From positions 1,892-65,891 of the forward strand of contig DATHSW010000003.1 in assembly GCA_035463855.1 (NCBI GenBank): 64,000 nt of DNA, given 5' to 3'. Position numbers and translations under genes: made by a program. This DNA comes from Candidatus Deferrimicrobiaceae bacterium. GTDB lineage: Bacteria > Methylomirabilota > Methylomirabilia > Rokubacteriales > CSP1-6. This document shows, piece after piece, positions 43,677 through 53,532 of the stretch (positions within the stretch are counted from its first letter, which is position 1; the number at the start of each line of letters is the position of its first letter). The notes beneath the pieces were generated by a model that searched no databases, was not told the DNA's origin, and saw nothing but the letters and a program-made list of their open reading frames with translations.

Positions 43677-45714
43677 GCCCGGTGAAGCGCAGGACGAGGA
43701 CGGCCATGTCGTCGGAGGGTTCGGTTCCGCCGGTGAAGGCGGCCACGTCGCGGCGAATCGCCTCTCCCACCTCGGCCGCGCTCGCGGCCCCGTCGAGCCG
43801 GCCCAGCAGCGCTTCGAGCCGCTCGCGCCCGTAGAGCTCCCCGCCCGGGCCGGCCGCCTCGGTGATGCCGTCGGTGATCAGGCACAGCGTGTCGCCCGGC
43901 GCGAGTCGCCGCGCGGCGGGCGTGTAGGGGAAGCCGTCCACCGCGCAGAGCGGCGGTCCCCCGCCTTGCACCAGGCGCTGGAGCGGCCGGCCGGTGCGCG
44001 GCAGGAGCAGCGGCGGCTCGTGGCCCGCGCTGCAGTACTCGAGCTCGCCGGTGCGCGCGTCCAGGATGCCGGCCAGCACCGTGACGAAGAGCCCCTCCGT
44101 GTTGTCCCGCGAGATCTCCGCGTCGGCCTCGCGCATCATGACCGCCACCTGCCCGTGGCGGCGGAGCGCGGTGCTCTTGTAGAGCGCCTTGCTGATCGCC
44201 ATGAAGAGGCTGCCCGGCAGGCCCTTGCCGGAGACGTCGCCGATCATGAAGAAGAGATGATCGGCATCGAGCAGGAAGAAGTCGTACAGATCGCCGCCGA
44301 CCTCGCGCGCGGGCTCCAGCATCGCGTACAGATCGAAGCGCGTCTCGCCCGGAAAGGCGGCCGCCGCGCGCGGCAGGGTGCCCATCTGGATCCGGCGCGC
44401 GGCCTCCAGCTCGCCGGCCAGCCGCGCCGCCGCCTCCCGCTGCTGCTCCACCTGTCGACGAAGAGCGCGACGCTGCGTCTGAGTCTCGGTGAGGGTGACC
44501 ACGAGCATCATGGAGAACAGGATGGCGAGAGCCACGGAGGGGGTGGCGGCGTCCAGGAGGACGCCCATCCTCAGATAGAGGAGCAGCCCGAGCCCCGCGA
44601 TCGCCGCGACCAGGACGGCGAGCAGCCCCACCGAAGCGCGGGCCGGCAGTCGCGGCACCAGCACGATGAGGAGCAGTCCGCCGACCAGCAGCCAGCTGAT
44701 CTCGATCCACCGGACGAACCGCGGGCGCGAGAGCAGCGATCCCTCCACGAGGTTCTCGAGAAACTGGGCATGGACCTCGACTCCTGACATGTGATCACCC
44801 ACCGGCGTCGCCAGATGATCTGACAACCCGAGCGCGGTCACTCCGATGAGCACCAGGCGACCCTGGAAGAGGCTCGCATCCGCCTGGGCCGCGAGCACGT
44901 CGGCCGCCGACACGAAGCGATCAGGGTCGTGCCGGGTGTAGTGGACCCAGGCGCTGCCGTCCGGCTCGCTGGGAGCAACGAAGGCGCCCACCCCCACCGT
45001 CTGGATGCCCGCGGCCGAGACGCGCACCGAGATCGGGGGCCCGCCTTCCCCCACCCGGAGCATCTCGAGGCCGAGAGATGGAACCAGTCCGTCGGCCACC
45101 CTGGCCAGCAGGGGGACCCGGCGGACCACTCCACGCTCCAGGTCCACGCTGGTCAGGCCGTGGCCGACCGCGGCGCGGTCGATCTCATCCACGCTGTGCA
45201 GCGTGGCCCCGAAGCGCCGGAGGAAGGGCGCGGGATCGCCGCCGATCGAGCGCACCGGCGCGTGGCGGACCTCGGTCGTCGCCTCCGGCCCGCGGCCCTC
45301 GAGGCCGGCGATGCCGAGCACAACCGGTCGCCCGCGAATCGCCTCGGCCAGGACCGTGTCGTTCCCGCGCAGTCGCGAGAGCCGCTGCGCCGTATCGGCG
45401 TCCATCCCGGCCACCATCCCGGGCAGCCGGGCCGGCGAGAGACGGTCGGGCTCCGGCATGAGGATGGCCAGGCCGATGGCGGCCGGCCGCGCGGCCGCGA
45501 CCGCCCCCACGATTCGCGCCAGCCAGGTCCGCGGCCAGGGCCACTGCCCATACTCCCGCAGGCTTTCCTCGTCGATGGCGACGATGACCACCGGGGCCAG
45601 GCGCGGGACTCGCGGGTAGAGGCTCTGGTAGGTGTCGAACGCGGTCGCGCGCAGCAAGCGGAGCCCCGGCAGCTGCGGCAGGAGCAGCCCGAGCAGGAGC
45701 GCGGCCAACAGCAA
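43663..45714 (-). CDS. CHASE2 sensor - PP2C/SpoIIE-type serine phosphatase
   Basis: N-terminal CHASE2-like periplasmic region (VVIVAIDEESL...GQWPWPR), three or four TM segments, then a C-terminal SpoIIE region (GGDLYDFF...GDVSGKG...DGITEA...DDMAVLV). Confidence 0.9.
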   Translation of the reverse strand: MLLAALLLGLLLPQLPGLRLLRATAFDTYQSLYPRVPRLAPVVIVAIDEESLREYGQWPWPRTWLARIVGAVAAARPAAIGLAILMPEPDRLSPARLPGMVAGMDADTAQRLSRLRGNDTVLAEAIRGRPVVLGIAGLEGRGPEATTEVRHAPVRSIGGDPAPFLRRFGATLHSVDEIDRAAVGHGLTSVDLERGVVRRVPLLARVADGLVPSLGLEMLRVGEGGPPISVRVSAAGIQTVGVGAFVAPSEPDGSAWVHYTRHDPDRFVSAADVLAAQADASLFQGRLVLIGVTALGLSDHLATPVGDHMSGVEVHAQFLENLVEGSLLSRPRFVRWIEISWLLVGGLLLIVLVPRLPARASVGLLAVLVAAIAGLGLLLYLRMGVLLDAATPSVALAILFSMMLVVTLTETQTQRRALRRQVEQQREAAARLAGELEAARRIQMGTLPRAAAAFPGETRFDLYAMLEPAREVGGDLYDFFLLDADHLFFMIGDVSGKGLPGSLFMAISKALYKSTALRRHGQVAVMMREADAEISRDNTEGLFVTVLAGILDARTGELEYCSAGHEPPLLLPRTGRPLQRLVQGGGPPLCAVDGFPYTPAARRLAPGDTLCLITDGITEAAGPGGELYGRERLEALLGRLDGAASAAEVGEAIRRDVAAFTGGTEPSDDMAVLVLRFTGPTGR

Positions 45715-45832
45715 CGCGCCGGCCGGCCGACCGCGCCCGCCCAGGAGCGCACGGGCCCACTGCCGCTCCGCCCAGTGCGGGGGTTCTGCCCCGTGCCGCC
45801 GGTCGGGCGGGTCGACGCTCAGGCCGGTCCCC

Positions 45833-46789
45833 TCAGAGCGCGATCTCCAGGCCGTCGTAGGCGGCCCAGACCTCCACGCGATGATCGGTCCGCGTGATCT
45901 CCTCGAGCCGCCGCGTCTCGGCCAGCAGGCGCGCGATGCGCTCGTCGTCGAAGATCGGCTCGTGGTGGTAGAGGCAGAGCCGGCGGGCGCGCGCGAGCTG
46001 GCACATCTCCACGCCGACCACGTTGCTCGAGTGCCCCCAGTCCTCCTTGACCGAGACGGCGTCGGCGAGCGAGTACTGGGCGTCGAAGATCACGAGGTCG
46101 GCGTCGCGGAAGAACTCCACGAAGGCCTTCACCTCCTCCGGGTGGTCCTGCTTGTGCTCGGAGTCGGTGGAATAGACCACCACCTTCCCGGCCTGTTCGA
46201 TGCGGTAGCCGTAGGAGTCGCCGCCGTGGCGCTGCCGCTTCGCCCGCACGCGCAGCCCGGCGATGTCGTGGTCGCGCTCGGGCTCGAGGCGGACGAACTC
46301 GATGCGCGCACCCATCCGGGAGAAATCGACCGGGAAGGAAGGCGCGGCGTTCTGGCGGCGGAACGCTTCCTCCAGCGTGTCGTGGCAGCCGTAGATCGTC
46401 ACGTGGTTGCCCGGCAGGTAGGCGGGCATGAAGAACGGGAAGCCCATGATGTGGTCCCAGTGCGGGTGGGACATGAAGACGTGGAAGCGGTGGCCGGAGG
46501 GCCCGCGGGTGGCGAGCACCCCGTTGCCGAACGCCCGCGCGCCGCTGCCCAGATCGCACAGCACGTAGTCGGGGCCCGCCGTCTCGAGCTCCACGCAGGA
46601 AGAATTGCCACCGAAGGTATGCGCGATCGAGAACTCGAGCTCGTTCTCGACGAAGGCGCGCGCCTTGCCCGCGGTGTCGAGGCCGCGGCCCGCGGCGGCC
46701 ACCACCGCGGCGACGAGCTTGCGCTGCACCTCCGCCGAGGTCATGGCCACCGGGATCGAGCCGCGCGTGCCCCAGAAGCGGACGAGCAC
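45833..46789 (-). CDS. MBL-fold metallo-hydrolase
   Basis: VRFWGTRGSIPV start and HPHWDHIMG (HxHxDH) motif. GTG 46789 lies 8 nt after the STAS gene stop. Confidence 0.85.
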   Translation of the reverse strand: MLVRFWGTRGSIPVAMTSAEVQRKLVAAVVAAAGRGLDTAGKARAFVENELEFSIAHTFGGNSSCVELETAGPDYVLCDLGSGARAFGNGVLATRGPSGHRFHVFMSHPHWDHIMGFPFFMPAYLPGNHVTIYGCHDTLEEAFRRQNAAPSFPVDFSRMGARIEFVRLEPERDHDIAGLRVRAKRQRHGGDSYGYRIEQAGKVVVYSTDSEHKQDHPEEVKAFVEFFRDADLVIFDAQYSLADAVSVKEDWGHSSNVVGVEMCQLARARRLCLYHHEPIFDDERIARLLAETRRLEEITRTDHRVEVWAAYDGLEIAL

Positions 46790-46797
46790 GGAGCGCC

Positions 46798-47172
46798 TCA
46801 GGCCGCCTCGAAGGCGGCCAGCGCGGCGGGCGAGAGCTTGGCCAGCGCCTCCCGCAGCGTGGGGAACACCTCGAGCACCAGGTTGAACCGGCTGATCTCG
46901 AAGATCTCGCGCACCACCGGCTGGAGCTCCGCCACCGCGAGCGCCCCGCCCTGCGCCTTCGCCTGCTTGGAGGCGAGCATGAGCACGCGCAGCCCCACGC
47001 TGCTGATGTACTCGACGCCGGCCAGGTCGAGCACCACGCGGTCGCCGCCCGCCGTGCACCGGGTCAGGTGGGGCTGCAGCGCGGCCTTGAATCCTTCCGC
47101 GGTCGCGTGATCGAGGCGCCCCGCGGGGAACAGCGCGATCGCGTCGGCGTACCGCTTCGAGACAAGCTCCAT
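46798..47172 (-). CDS. STAS-domain anti-sigma-factor antagonist
   Basis: 124 aa; LDLAGVEYISSVGLRVLM carries the conserved phosphorylatable Ser context. Confidence 0.85.
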   Translation of the reverse strand: MELVSKRYADAIALFPAGRLDHATAEGFKAALQPHLTRCTAGGDRVVLDLAGVEYISSVGLRVLMLASKQAKAQGGALAVAELQPVVREIFEISRFNLVLEVFPTLREALAKLSPAALAAFEAA

Positions 47173-47250
47173 GTCCACTCCCGGCATCGGATCGGGTGGA
47201 ATCGGGGTGCCGATTCTATCACCCGGGCGCCTGTGGCACACTGGGACTTC

Positions 47251-48480
47251 GTGGAAAAAGCCGATCTCCTGAATCAGCTCCGTATCGACCGCGGAGGGGA
47301 CCGTCCGCGCGGCCGGCGCGGCCGTCTGTACGCGGTCGCCGCCCTCGTGCTCCTGGTCGCGGGCGCGGGGGCCTGGTTCGCCTGGGCCCGCACCCGACCG
47401 CCGGTGGTGCAGACCGCGGTGGCGCGCGCGGCCGGCCAGGGCGCGGGCGCCGGCTCGGTGCTCGACGCGAGCGGCTACGTCACCGCCCGCCGCCAGGCCA
47501 CCGTCTCCGCCAAGATCACCGGCAAGGTGACCGAGGTGCTGATCGAGGAGGGCATGCGCGTGCGCGAGGGCGACGTGCTGGCCCGGCTCGACGACACCGA
47601 GGCCCGGGCCCAGCTCGCGCTCGCGCGGGCCCAGCTCGTAGCCGCCCGCTCCCAGCTCGCCGAGGTCCGGGCCCAGCTCGTCCAGGCCGAGCGGGATCAC
47701 GCGCGCCAGCAGGAGCTCTACGACCGCAAGCTCATCGCGCCGCAGTCGCTCGACGCGGCGCTGGCCCAACGCGACACCCTGCGGGCCCGCCTGGCCGCCA
47801 CCGAGGAGCAGGTCAAGGTGGCGCAGGAGTCGGCGTCGGTCGCCAGTGTCCAGCTCGACAACACGGTGATCCGCGCCCCGTTCGGCGGCGTGGTCGTCGC
47901 CAAATCCGCGCAGCCGGGGGAGATGATCTCGCCGATCTCGGCGGGGGGCGGCTTCACGCGCACCGGCATCGGGACCATCGTGGACATGGACTCGCTGGAG
48001 ATCCAGGTGGACGTCAACGAGTCGTACATCAACCGCGTCACCCCCGGCCAGCCGGTGGAAGCGACGCTGAACGCGTATCCGGACTGGAAGATCCCGGGCG
48101 AGGTGATCGCGATCATCCCGACCGCGGACCGGAGCAAGGCCACCGTGAAGGTCCGCATCGCGATCAAGCAGAAGGACGCGCGCATCGTGCCCGACATGGG
48201 CGCGCGGGTGGGCTTCCTCGATCCGAAGCCGGCCGCCGCGGCGGCGCCCGCCGCGCCCAGCGTGCTGGTGCCGTCCCAGGCGGTGCGCACCGACGCCGAT
48301 GGGCCGGTGATCTTCGTCTACGCCAACGGCCGGGTCGAGCGGCGGAGCGTGACGCTCGGGCCCGACGCCTCGGGCCAGCACCGGGTGCTGACCGGGCTGC
48401 GCGACGGCGAGCGGGTCGTCCTCGCCCCCGCGCCCACCCTCGCCGATGGCCAGGCGGTGAAGCCGGCCGAGGACAAGTGA
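47251..48480 (+). CDS. Efflux transporter periplasmic adaptor (HlyD/MacA family)
   Basis: N-terminal TM segment; ASGYVTARRQATVSAKITGKV lipoyl-like motif; long coiled-coil; beta-barrel region. Confidence 0.85.
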   Translation: MEKADLLNQLRIDRGGDRPRGRRGRLYAVAALVLLVAGAGAWFAWARTRPPVVQTAVARAAGQGAGAGSVLDASGYVTARRQATVSAKITGKVTEVLIEEGMRVREGDVLARLDDTEARAQLALARAQLVAARSQLAEVRAQLVQAERDHARQQELYDRKLIAPQSLDAALAQRDTLRARLAATEEQVKVAQESASVASVQLDNTVIRAPFGGVVVAKSAQPGEMISPISAGGGFTRTGIGTIVDMDSLEIQVDVNESYINRVTPGQPVEATLNAYPDWKIPGEVIAIIPTADRSKATVKVRIAIKQKDARIVPDMGARVGFLDPKPAAAAAPAAPSVLVPSQAVRTDADGPVIFVYANGRVERRSVTLGPDASGQHRVLTGLRDGERVVLAPAPTLADGQAVKPAEDK

Positions 48481-48485
48481 GCCCG

Positions 48486-49175
48486 ATGGCCAGCCTGGTC
48501 GAGATCCGTGGCGTCACCAAGGTCTACCGGCGCGGGCGCGAACGGATCGAGGCCCTGCACGGTATCGACCTCGACATCCCGAGCGGCGACTTCGTGGCCC
48601 TGATGGGCCCGTCGGGCTCGGGCAAGACCACCCTGCTCAACCTGATCGGCGGGCTCGACACCCCGACCGGCGGGAGCATCACGGTGGGGGACCGGCGCAT
48701 CGATCAGCTCTCGGGCGGCGAGCTGGCCGCCTGGCGGGCGACGCACGTCGGCTTCGTCTTCCAGTTCTACAACCTCCTGCCCGCGCTCTCGGCGCAGCGG
48801 AACGTGGAGCTGCCGCTGCTCCTGACCGATCTCTCCGCGGCCGAGCGCCGCCGGCGCGCCCGCATCGCGCTGACCCTGGTGCGCCTCGAGGACCGCGCCC
48901 GCCACAAGCCCCGGGAGCTGTCCGGCGGGCAGGAGCAGCGGGTGGCCATCGCGCGCGCCATCGTGTCCGATCCCACCCTGCTGGTCTGCGACGAGCCCAC
49001 CGGCGACCTCGACCGCGCCACCGCCGACGAGGTGCTGCGCCTCATCCAGATGCTGAATCGGGACCACGGCAAGACGGTGGTGATGGTCACCCACGATCCG
49101 AAGGCGGCGGAGTACGCGCGCCGGCGCGTGCACCTCGACAAGGGCACCATGACCACGGAGGCGATTCCCGCGTGA
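48486..49175 (+). CDS. ABC transporter ATP-binding protein (MacB/LolD type)
   Basis: GPSGSGKTT, LSGGQEQRVAIARA and LVCDEPTGDLD motifs. Confidence 0.9.
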   Translation: MASLVEIRGVTKVYRRGRERIEALHGIDLDIPSGDFVALMGPSGSGKTTLLNLIGGLDTPTGGSITVGDRRIDQLSGGELAAWRATHVGFVFQFYNLLPALSAQRNVELPLLLTDLSAAERRRRARIALTLVRLEDRARHKPRELSGGQEQRVAIARAIVSDPTLLVCDEPTGDLDRATADEVLRLIQMLNRDHGKTVVMVTHDPKAAEYARRRVHLDKGTMTTEAIPA

Positions 49176-50338
49176 GATACCTGCCGCTCCTCTGGGCCGG
49201 CCTCTTCCGCAAGAAGACCCGGACGGTCCTCACGCTCCTGTCCATCGTGGTCGCCTTCGCGCTCTTCGGCCTGCTGCAGGCGGTGGAGGTTGCCTTCGAG
49301 TCGGGCGCCGACACGGCGGACGCCAAGCGCCTGCTCACCACCGCGCGCTACTCGATCATCGAGCCGCTGCCGCTCGGCTACCTGCGGCGGATCGAGCAGG
49401 TGCCGGGCGTGGTGGGCGTGGCGTACGCCGACTGGTTCGGGGCCAAGTACCAGAACGAGTCCAACGCCTTCCCGGTCTTCGCGGTGGAGCCGGCGCGCTA
49501 CCTCGACATGTACCCCGAGTTCACCATCGCCCGCGAGCACCGGGAGGCCTTCGCCCGGACGCGCACCGGGGCGGTGGCGGGCAAGCGGCTCGCCGATCGC
49601 TTCGGCTGGAAGGTCGGCCAGAAGCTGCCGATCAGCTCCGAGATCCACCCGAAGACCGACGGCAGCATGAGCTGGGAGTTCGAGCTGGTCGGCATCATCG
49701 ACGCCGACGATCCGGCCGTGCGCGGCAACACCGACATGGTCCTGATCAACGTGGCCTACTTCGACGAGGCCCGCCAGATCGGCCGCGGCAAGACCGGCTG
49801 GTACATCGTGCGGGTGGCCGATTCCAGCCAGGCCCGCGCGATCTCGGCCGCGATCGACGGGCGGTTCATGAACTCGCCCGACGAGACCAAGACCCAACCC
49901 GAGAAGGAGTTCGCGCTGGGCTTCGCCAAGCAGATCGGCGACATCGGGGCGCTGGTCACCCGCATCCTGGTCGCGGTGTTCTTCACGATCCTGATCCTGA
50001 CCGGCAACACCATGGCCCAGTCCATCCGGGAGCGCATCCCCGAGCTGGCCATCTTGAAGACGCTCGGCTTCTCCGACGGCAAGGTCACCGCCCTGGTCCT
50101 GGCCGAGGCGGTGCTGCTGCTGGTGCTGGGGGGCAGCCTCGGCATGGGCGCCGCGGTCGCCGCCATGCCTACCCTCAACGGCTCCACCGGCGGCCGCTTC
50201 CCCCCGCTCTTCGTGGGCCCCGACACCTGGCTCCTCGCCGCCGCCATCGCGGCCCTCGTCGCGCTCGCCATCGGCCTGCCCCCGGCCCTACGCGCCAACC
50301 GCCTCAAGATCGTCGACGCCTTGTCCGGCCACCAGTAG
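49172..50338 (+). CDS. ABC transporter permease (FtsX/MacB type)
   Basis: 388 aa; MacB_PCD-like periplasmic domain followed by an FtsX-type C-terminal 3-TM bundle; GTGA overlap with the ATPase gene. Confidence 0.9.
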   Translation: MRYLPLLWAGLFRKKTRTVLTLLSIVVAFALFGLLQAVEVAFESGADTADAKRLLTTARYSIIEPLPLGYLRRIEQVPGVVGVAYADWFGAKYQNESNAFPVFAVEPARYLDMYPEFTIAREHREAFARTRTGAVAGKRLADRFGWKVGQKLPISSEIHPKTDGSMSWEFELVGIIDADDPAVRGNTDMVLINVAYFDEARQIGRGKTGWYIVRVADSSQARAISAAIDGRFMNSPDETKTQPEKEFALGFAKQIGDIGALVTRILVAVFFTILILTGNTMAQSIRERIPELAILKTLGFSDGKVTALVLAEAVLLLVLGGSLGMGAAVAAMPTLNGSTGGRFPPLFVGPDTWLLAAAIAALVALAIGLPPALRANRLKIVDALSGHQ

Positions 50339-50485
50339 GCCCCGCTTGCTCATGACGCGTGCCGGTACGGCATTGTTCTTATTGGGGGGGAGCGGCGGCG
50401 CTCCTCCCCCAAGCCCCCCCACCGCACTATTCCTCCGCGCGACATCCGCTCCGGTTCCGGGGCCTGCGCGCGCTCACGCCGACAG

Positions 50486-51679
50486 ATGCGCACGCTCACG
50501 CAAGTAGCGGCGATCACCGTCATGAACCTGCGCAACCTGCCGTCGCGGGTTGGCACCTCGCTGGTGGTGATCGTTGGCATCGCCGGCGTCGTCGGCGTGC
50601 TGGTCTCGGTGCTCGCGATGTCGGAGGGGTTTCGCCACACGCTGGCCAGCACCGGGCGTGGTGACCGCGTGATCATGCTGCGGGCCGGCTCCGACGCGGA
50701 GCTCTCGAGCGGCGTCGCGCGCGACCAGGCCACTCTCCTGGCCGCCCTGCCCGGGGTGGGGCGCGACGCGGCGGGCCGGCCGCTCGCCAGCGCGGAGCTG
50801 GTGGTCATGGTGGATCTGCCCCGCAAGGGCGAGCGCCATCCCAACAACGTGCCGTTCCGCGGCGTGCAGCGCGCCGCCTTCGACATTCGAGACGAGGTGC
50901 GGCTCGTGGAGGGGCGCCACTTCGAGCCCGGCGTCCGCGAGGTCGTGGTGGGACGCAAGGCCGCGGCCCAGTTCGCCGGGCTCGCGGTCGGCTAGCGCAT
51001 CGGCTTCCGCGACAGCGACTGGACGGTGGTGGGGATCTTCGAGAGCGGCGGCGACGTGCACGAGTCGGAGATCTGGGCCGACGCCGAGGTGGCCATGTCC
51101 GCGTTCCGCCGCACCGGCTACCAGTCGGTGACGGCGCGGCTCGCCGACGGCTCGGACGCGGGCCTCGCCGCCTTCCGGGACTCGGTCGGCCGCGATCGCC
51201 GCTTCTCGATCAGCGTGCTGCGCGAGCCCGAGTACTACGCCAAGCAGGCCACCGTGCTGTCCGATCTCATCAACGTGCTCGGCTACACGGTGGCCGCCTT
51301 CATGGCGGTGGGCGCCACCTTCGGCGCGCTCAACTGCATGTACTCGGCGATCGCCAGCCGGCAGGTCGAGATCGCCACCCTGCGCGCGATCGGCTTCGGA
51401 GGCGCGCCGGTGGTGGTCTCGGTGATGATCGAGGCGCTGCTCCTGTCCCTGCTGGGCGGGGCGGTGGGTGGGGCCCTGGCCTACGTCTACTGCGACGGCG
51501 CCACGCTCTCCACGCTCAACTTCAACACCTTCTCGCAAGTGGCCTTCGACTTCCGGGTGACGCCGGGGCTGCTGCTCCGCGGGCTCACCTGGGCGCTCGT
51601 CATCGGACTCGCCGGCGGGCTGCTCCCCGCCGTGCGCGCGGCCCGCATCCCGGTCACCGAGGCGCTGCGGACGTTATAG
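50486..51679 (+). pseudogene. Second FtsX/MacB-type permease interrupted by an in-frame TAG (50993-50995)
   Basis: Track ORFs 50486..50995 and 51026..51679 share a frame. Sequence across the stop reads ...FAGLAVG*RIGFRDSDWTVVGIFESGG, a continuous conserved permease motif. Confidence 0.7.
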
Positions 51680-51699
51680 TCGGAGGGGGCCCCCTCCGA
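51680..51699 (+). terminator. Perfect G/C palindrome immediately after the permease stop
   Basis: TCGGAGGGGGCCCCCTCCGA; followed by a further CCCCCTC repeat and no T-tract. Confidence 0.35.
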
Positions 51700-51819
51700 G
51701 CCTCCCCCTCGAACGGAGCTTACTCGGACGCGCTCCTCACATGCCGGGTGGTTGACTCCCCGCCGGCCGCCGGGCTAGCCTCGGGCGGTCAGGCAAGCCA
51801 GACCCCAGGAGGCCTCCCC

Positions 51820-53520
51820 GTGCACGATCTCGTCATCGACAACGCCCGCCTCATCGATGGTCTCGGCACACCCGCGCGCGACGGCAGCCTCGCGGTCACG
51901 GACGGCCGCATCGCCGCGCTCAGCGGTGACCGCCGCGGCGGCGATCTCGGGCCCGCGCGCGAGCGGGTGGACGCGGGCGGCCTCGTCTTGGCGCCCGGCA
52001 TCGTGGACCTCCACACCCACTACGACGCCCAGCTCACCTGGGATGCCTTCGCCACGCCCTCGACCGCGCTCGGGGTGACCACGGTGGTGATCGGTAACTG
52101 CGGCTTCACGATCGCGCCGTGCCACCCCGCGCACCGCGACCTCATCATCCGCAACCTGACCCACGTGGAGGGCATGTCGCTCGAGGCCCTGCGCGCGGGC
52201 ATCAACTGGGACTTCGAGACCTATCCCCAGTACCTGGACTCTCTCGAGCGGCGCGGGCTCGTGCCCAACGTCGCCTCGTTCGTGGGCCACTCCTCGGTGC
52301 GTACCTACGTGCTCGGCGAGGACGCGAGCAAGCGGAAGGCCACCGACGCCGAGATCGCCGAGATGCGGCGGATCGTGGTGGAGGCGCTGCGGACCGGGGC
52401 GATCGGCTTCGCCACCTCCACGCTCGAGCAGCACAACGGCGAGCACGGGATCCCGATGCCGTCGCGGCTGGCCGACGAGCGCGAGATGGCCGCGCTCACC
52501 GGGGCCCTCGGCGAGGTGGGCCGCGGCGTCTTCATGCTCACCAAGGGCATGACCTCCACGGTGCCGTGGCTCGAGGGCATCGCGGCCGCGACCCGCCGCC
52601 CGGTGATGATCGCGGCCATGTTCGTGGACCCGGGCGATCCCACCCGCGTCTTCCGCGAGCTCGGCGAGATCGAGGCCGCGCGCGGCCGGGGCCGCGAGCT
52701 GTGGGCGCAGGTGGGGTGCTTCCCGCTCGGCATGGAGTTCACCCTGCGTCATCCCTACCCGCTCGAGGCCTTCATCGCGTGGCGGCCCGCCATCGAGGCC
52801 ACCGACGAGGCGCGCTACCGTGCGGTGCTCGCCGACCCGTCGTTCCGGGCCGCGCTGAAGAAGGAGATCGGCCAGCCGGGCGTGCCGAACCGGTTCAGCG
52901 ACAAGAACTGGGACCACCTGACCATCGCGGAGGTGACGCGCCCCGAGCACCGGGCCCTCGAGGGCCAGACCATCGGGGCGCTGGCCCGGGCGCGCGGCGA
53001 GCATCCCTGGGACACCTTTCTCGACCTGGGCCTCGACGGCGAGCTCGACGCGATGTTCGACTGCCGCCTTTTCAACATCGACGAGAGCGAGGTCAGGCGG
53101 CTGCTGCGCCACCCCCACGCCGCGGTGGCCCTGTCGGACGCGGGCGCGCATCTGTCGTTCCTGTGCGACGCGGGTTTCGGCCTGCATCTCTTCGGGCACT
53201 GGGCGCGCGAACGGGGCGATCTCACCCTCGAGCAGGCGGTGCGTGCGGTGACCAGCGCGGTGGCCGACGCCTACCGCATCCCGGGTCGCGGGCGGCTCCA
53301 GGCCGGCGCGTGGGCGGACCTCCTGCTGTTCGATCCGGCGACGGTGGGCCGCGGCGGCAAGCGCCGGGTCAACGACCTGCCCACCGGGGCGAGCCGGCTC
53401 GACACCCCGGCGGTGGGCCTGCACGGGGTGTGGGTCAACGGGGCACGGACGGTGGACGAGCGCGGCCCGGTCGAGGACTGCGGCCGGCCGGGCCGGCTGC
53501 TCCGCGAGTTCTCCGCCTGA
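51820..53520 (+). CDS. D-aminoacylase / N-acyl-D-amino-acid deacylase family amidohydrolase (copy 2)
   Basis: VHDLVIDNARLIDGLG...GIVDLHTHYD. AGGAGG lies 8 nt upstream of GTG 51820. Collinear with copy 1. Confidence 0.9.
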   Translation: MHDLVIDNARLIDGLGTPARDGSLAVTDGRIAALSGDRRGGDLGPARERVDAGGLVLAPGIVDLHTHYDAQLTWDAFATPSTALGVTTVVIGNCGFTIAPCHPAHRDLIIRNLTHVEGMSLEALRAGINWDFETYPQYLDSLERRGLVPNVASFVGHSSVRTYVLGEDASKRKATDAEIAEMRRIVVEALRTGAIGFATSTLEQHNGEHGIPMPSRLADEREMAALTGALGEVGRGVFMLTKGMTSTVPWLEGIAAATRRPVMIAAMFVDPGDPTRVFRELGEIEAARGRGRELWAQVGCFPLGMEFTLRHPYPLEAFIAWRPAIEATDEARYRAVLADPSFRAALKKEIGQPGVPNRFSDKNWDHLTIAEVTRPEHRALEGQTIGALARARGEHPWDTFLDLGLDGELDAMFDCRLFNIDESEVRRLLRHPHAAVALSDAGAHLSFLCDAGFGLHLFGHWARERGDLTLEQAVRAVTSAVADAYRIPGRGRLQAGAWADLLLFDPATVGRGGKRRVNDLPTGASRLDTPAVGLHGVWVNGARTVDERGPVEDCGRPGRLLREFSA

Positions 53521-53532
53521 GCGGGCCAAGAA

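Noticed and set aside
50993-50995. Amber codon in the permease gene as a pyrrolysine or other recoding site
   Set aside because: There is no pyl-type context, and the codon sits in an ordinary periplasmic-domain motif with no special chemistry. A nonsense mutation or base-call error is far more likely.
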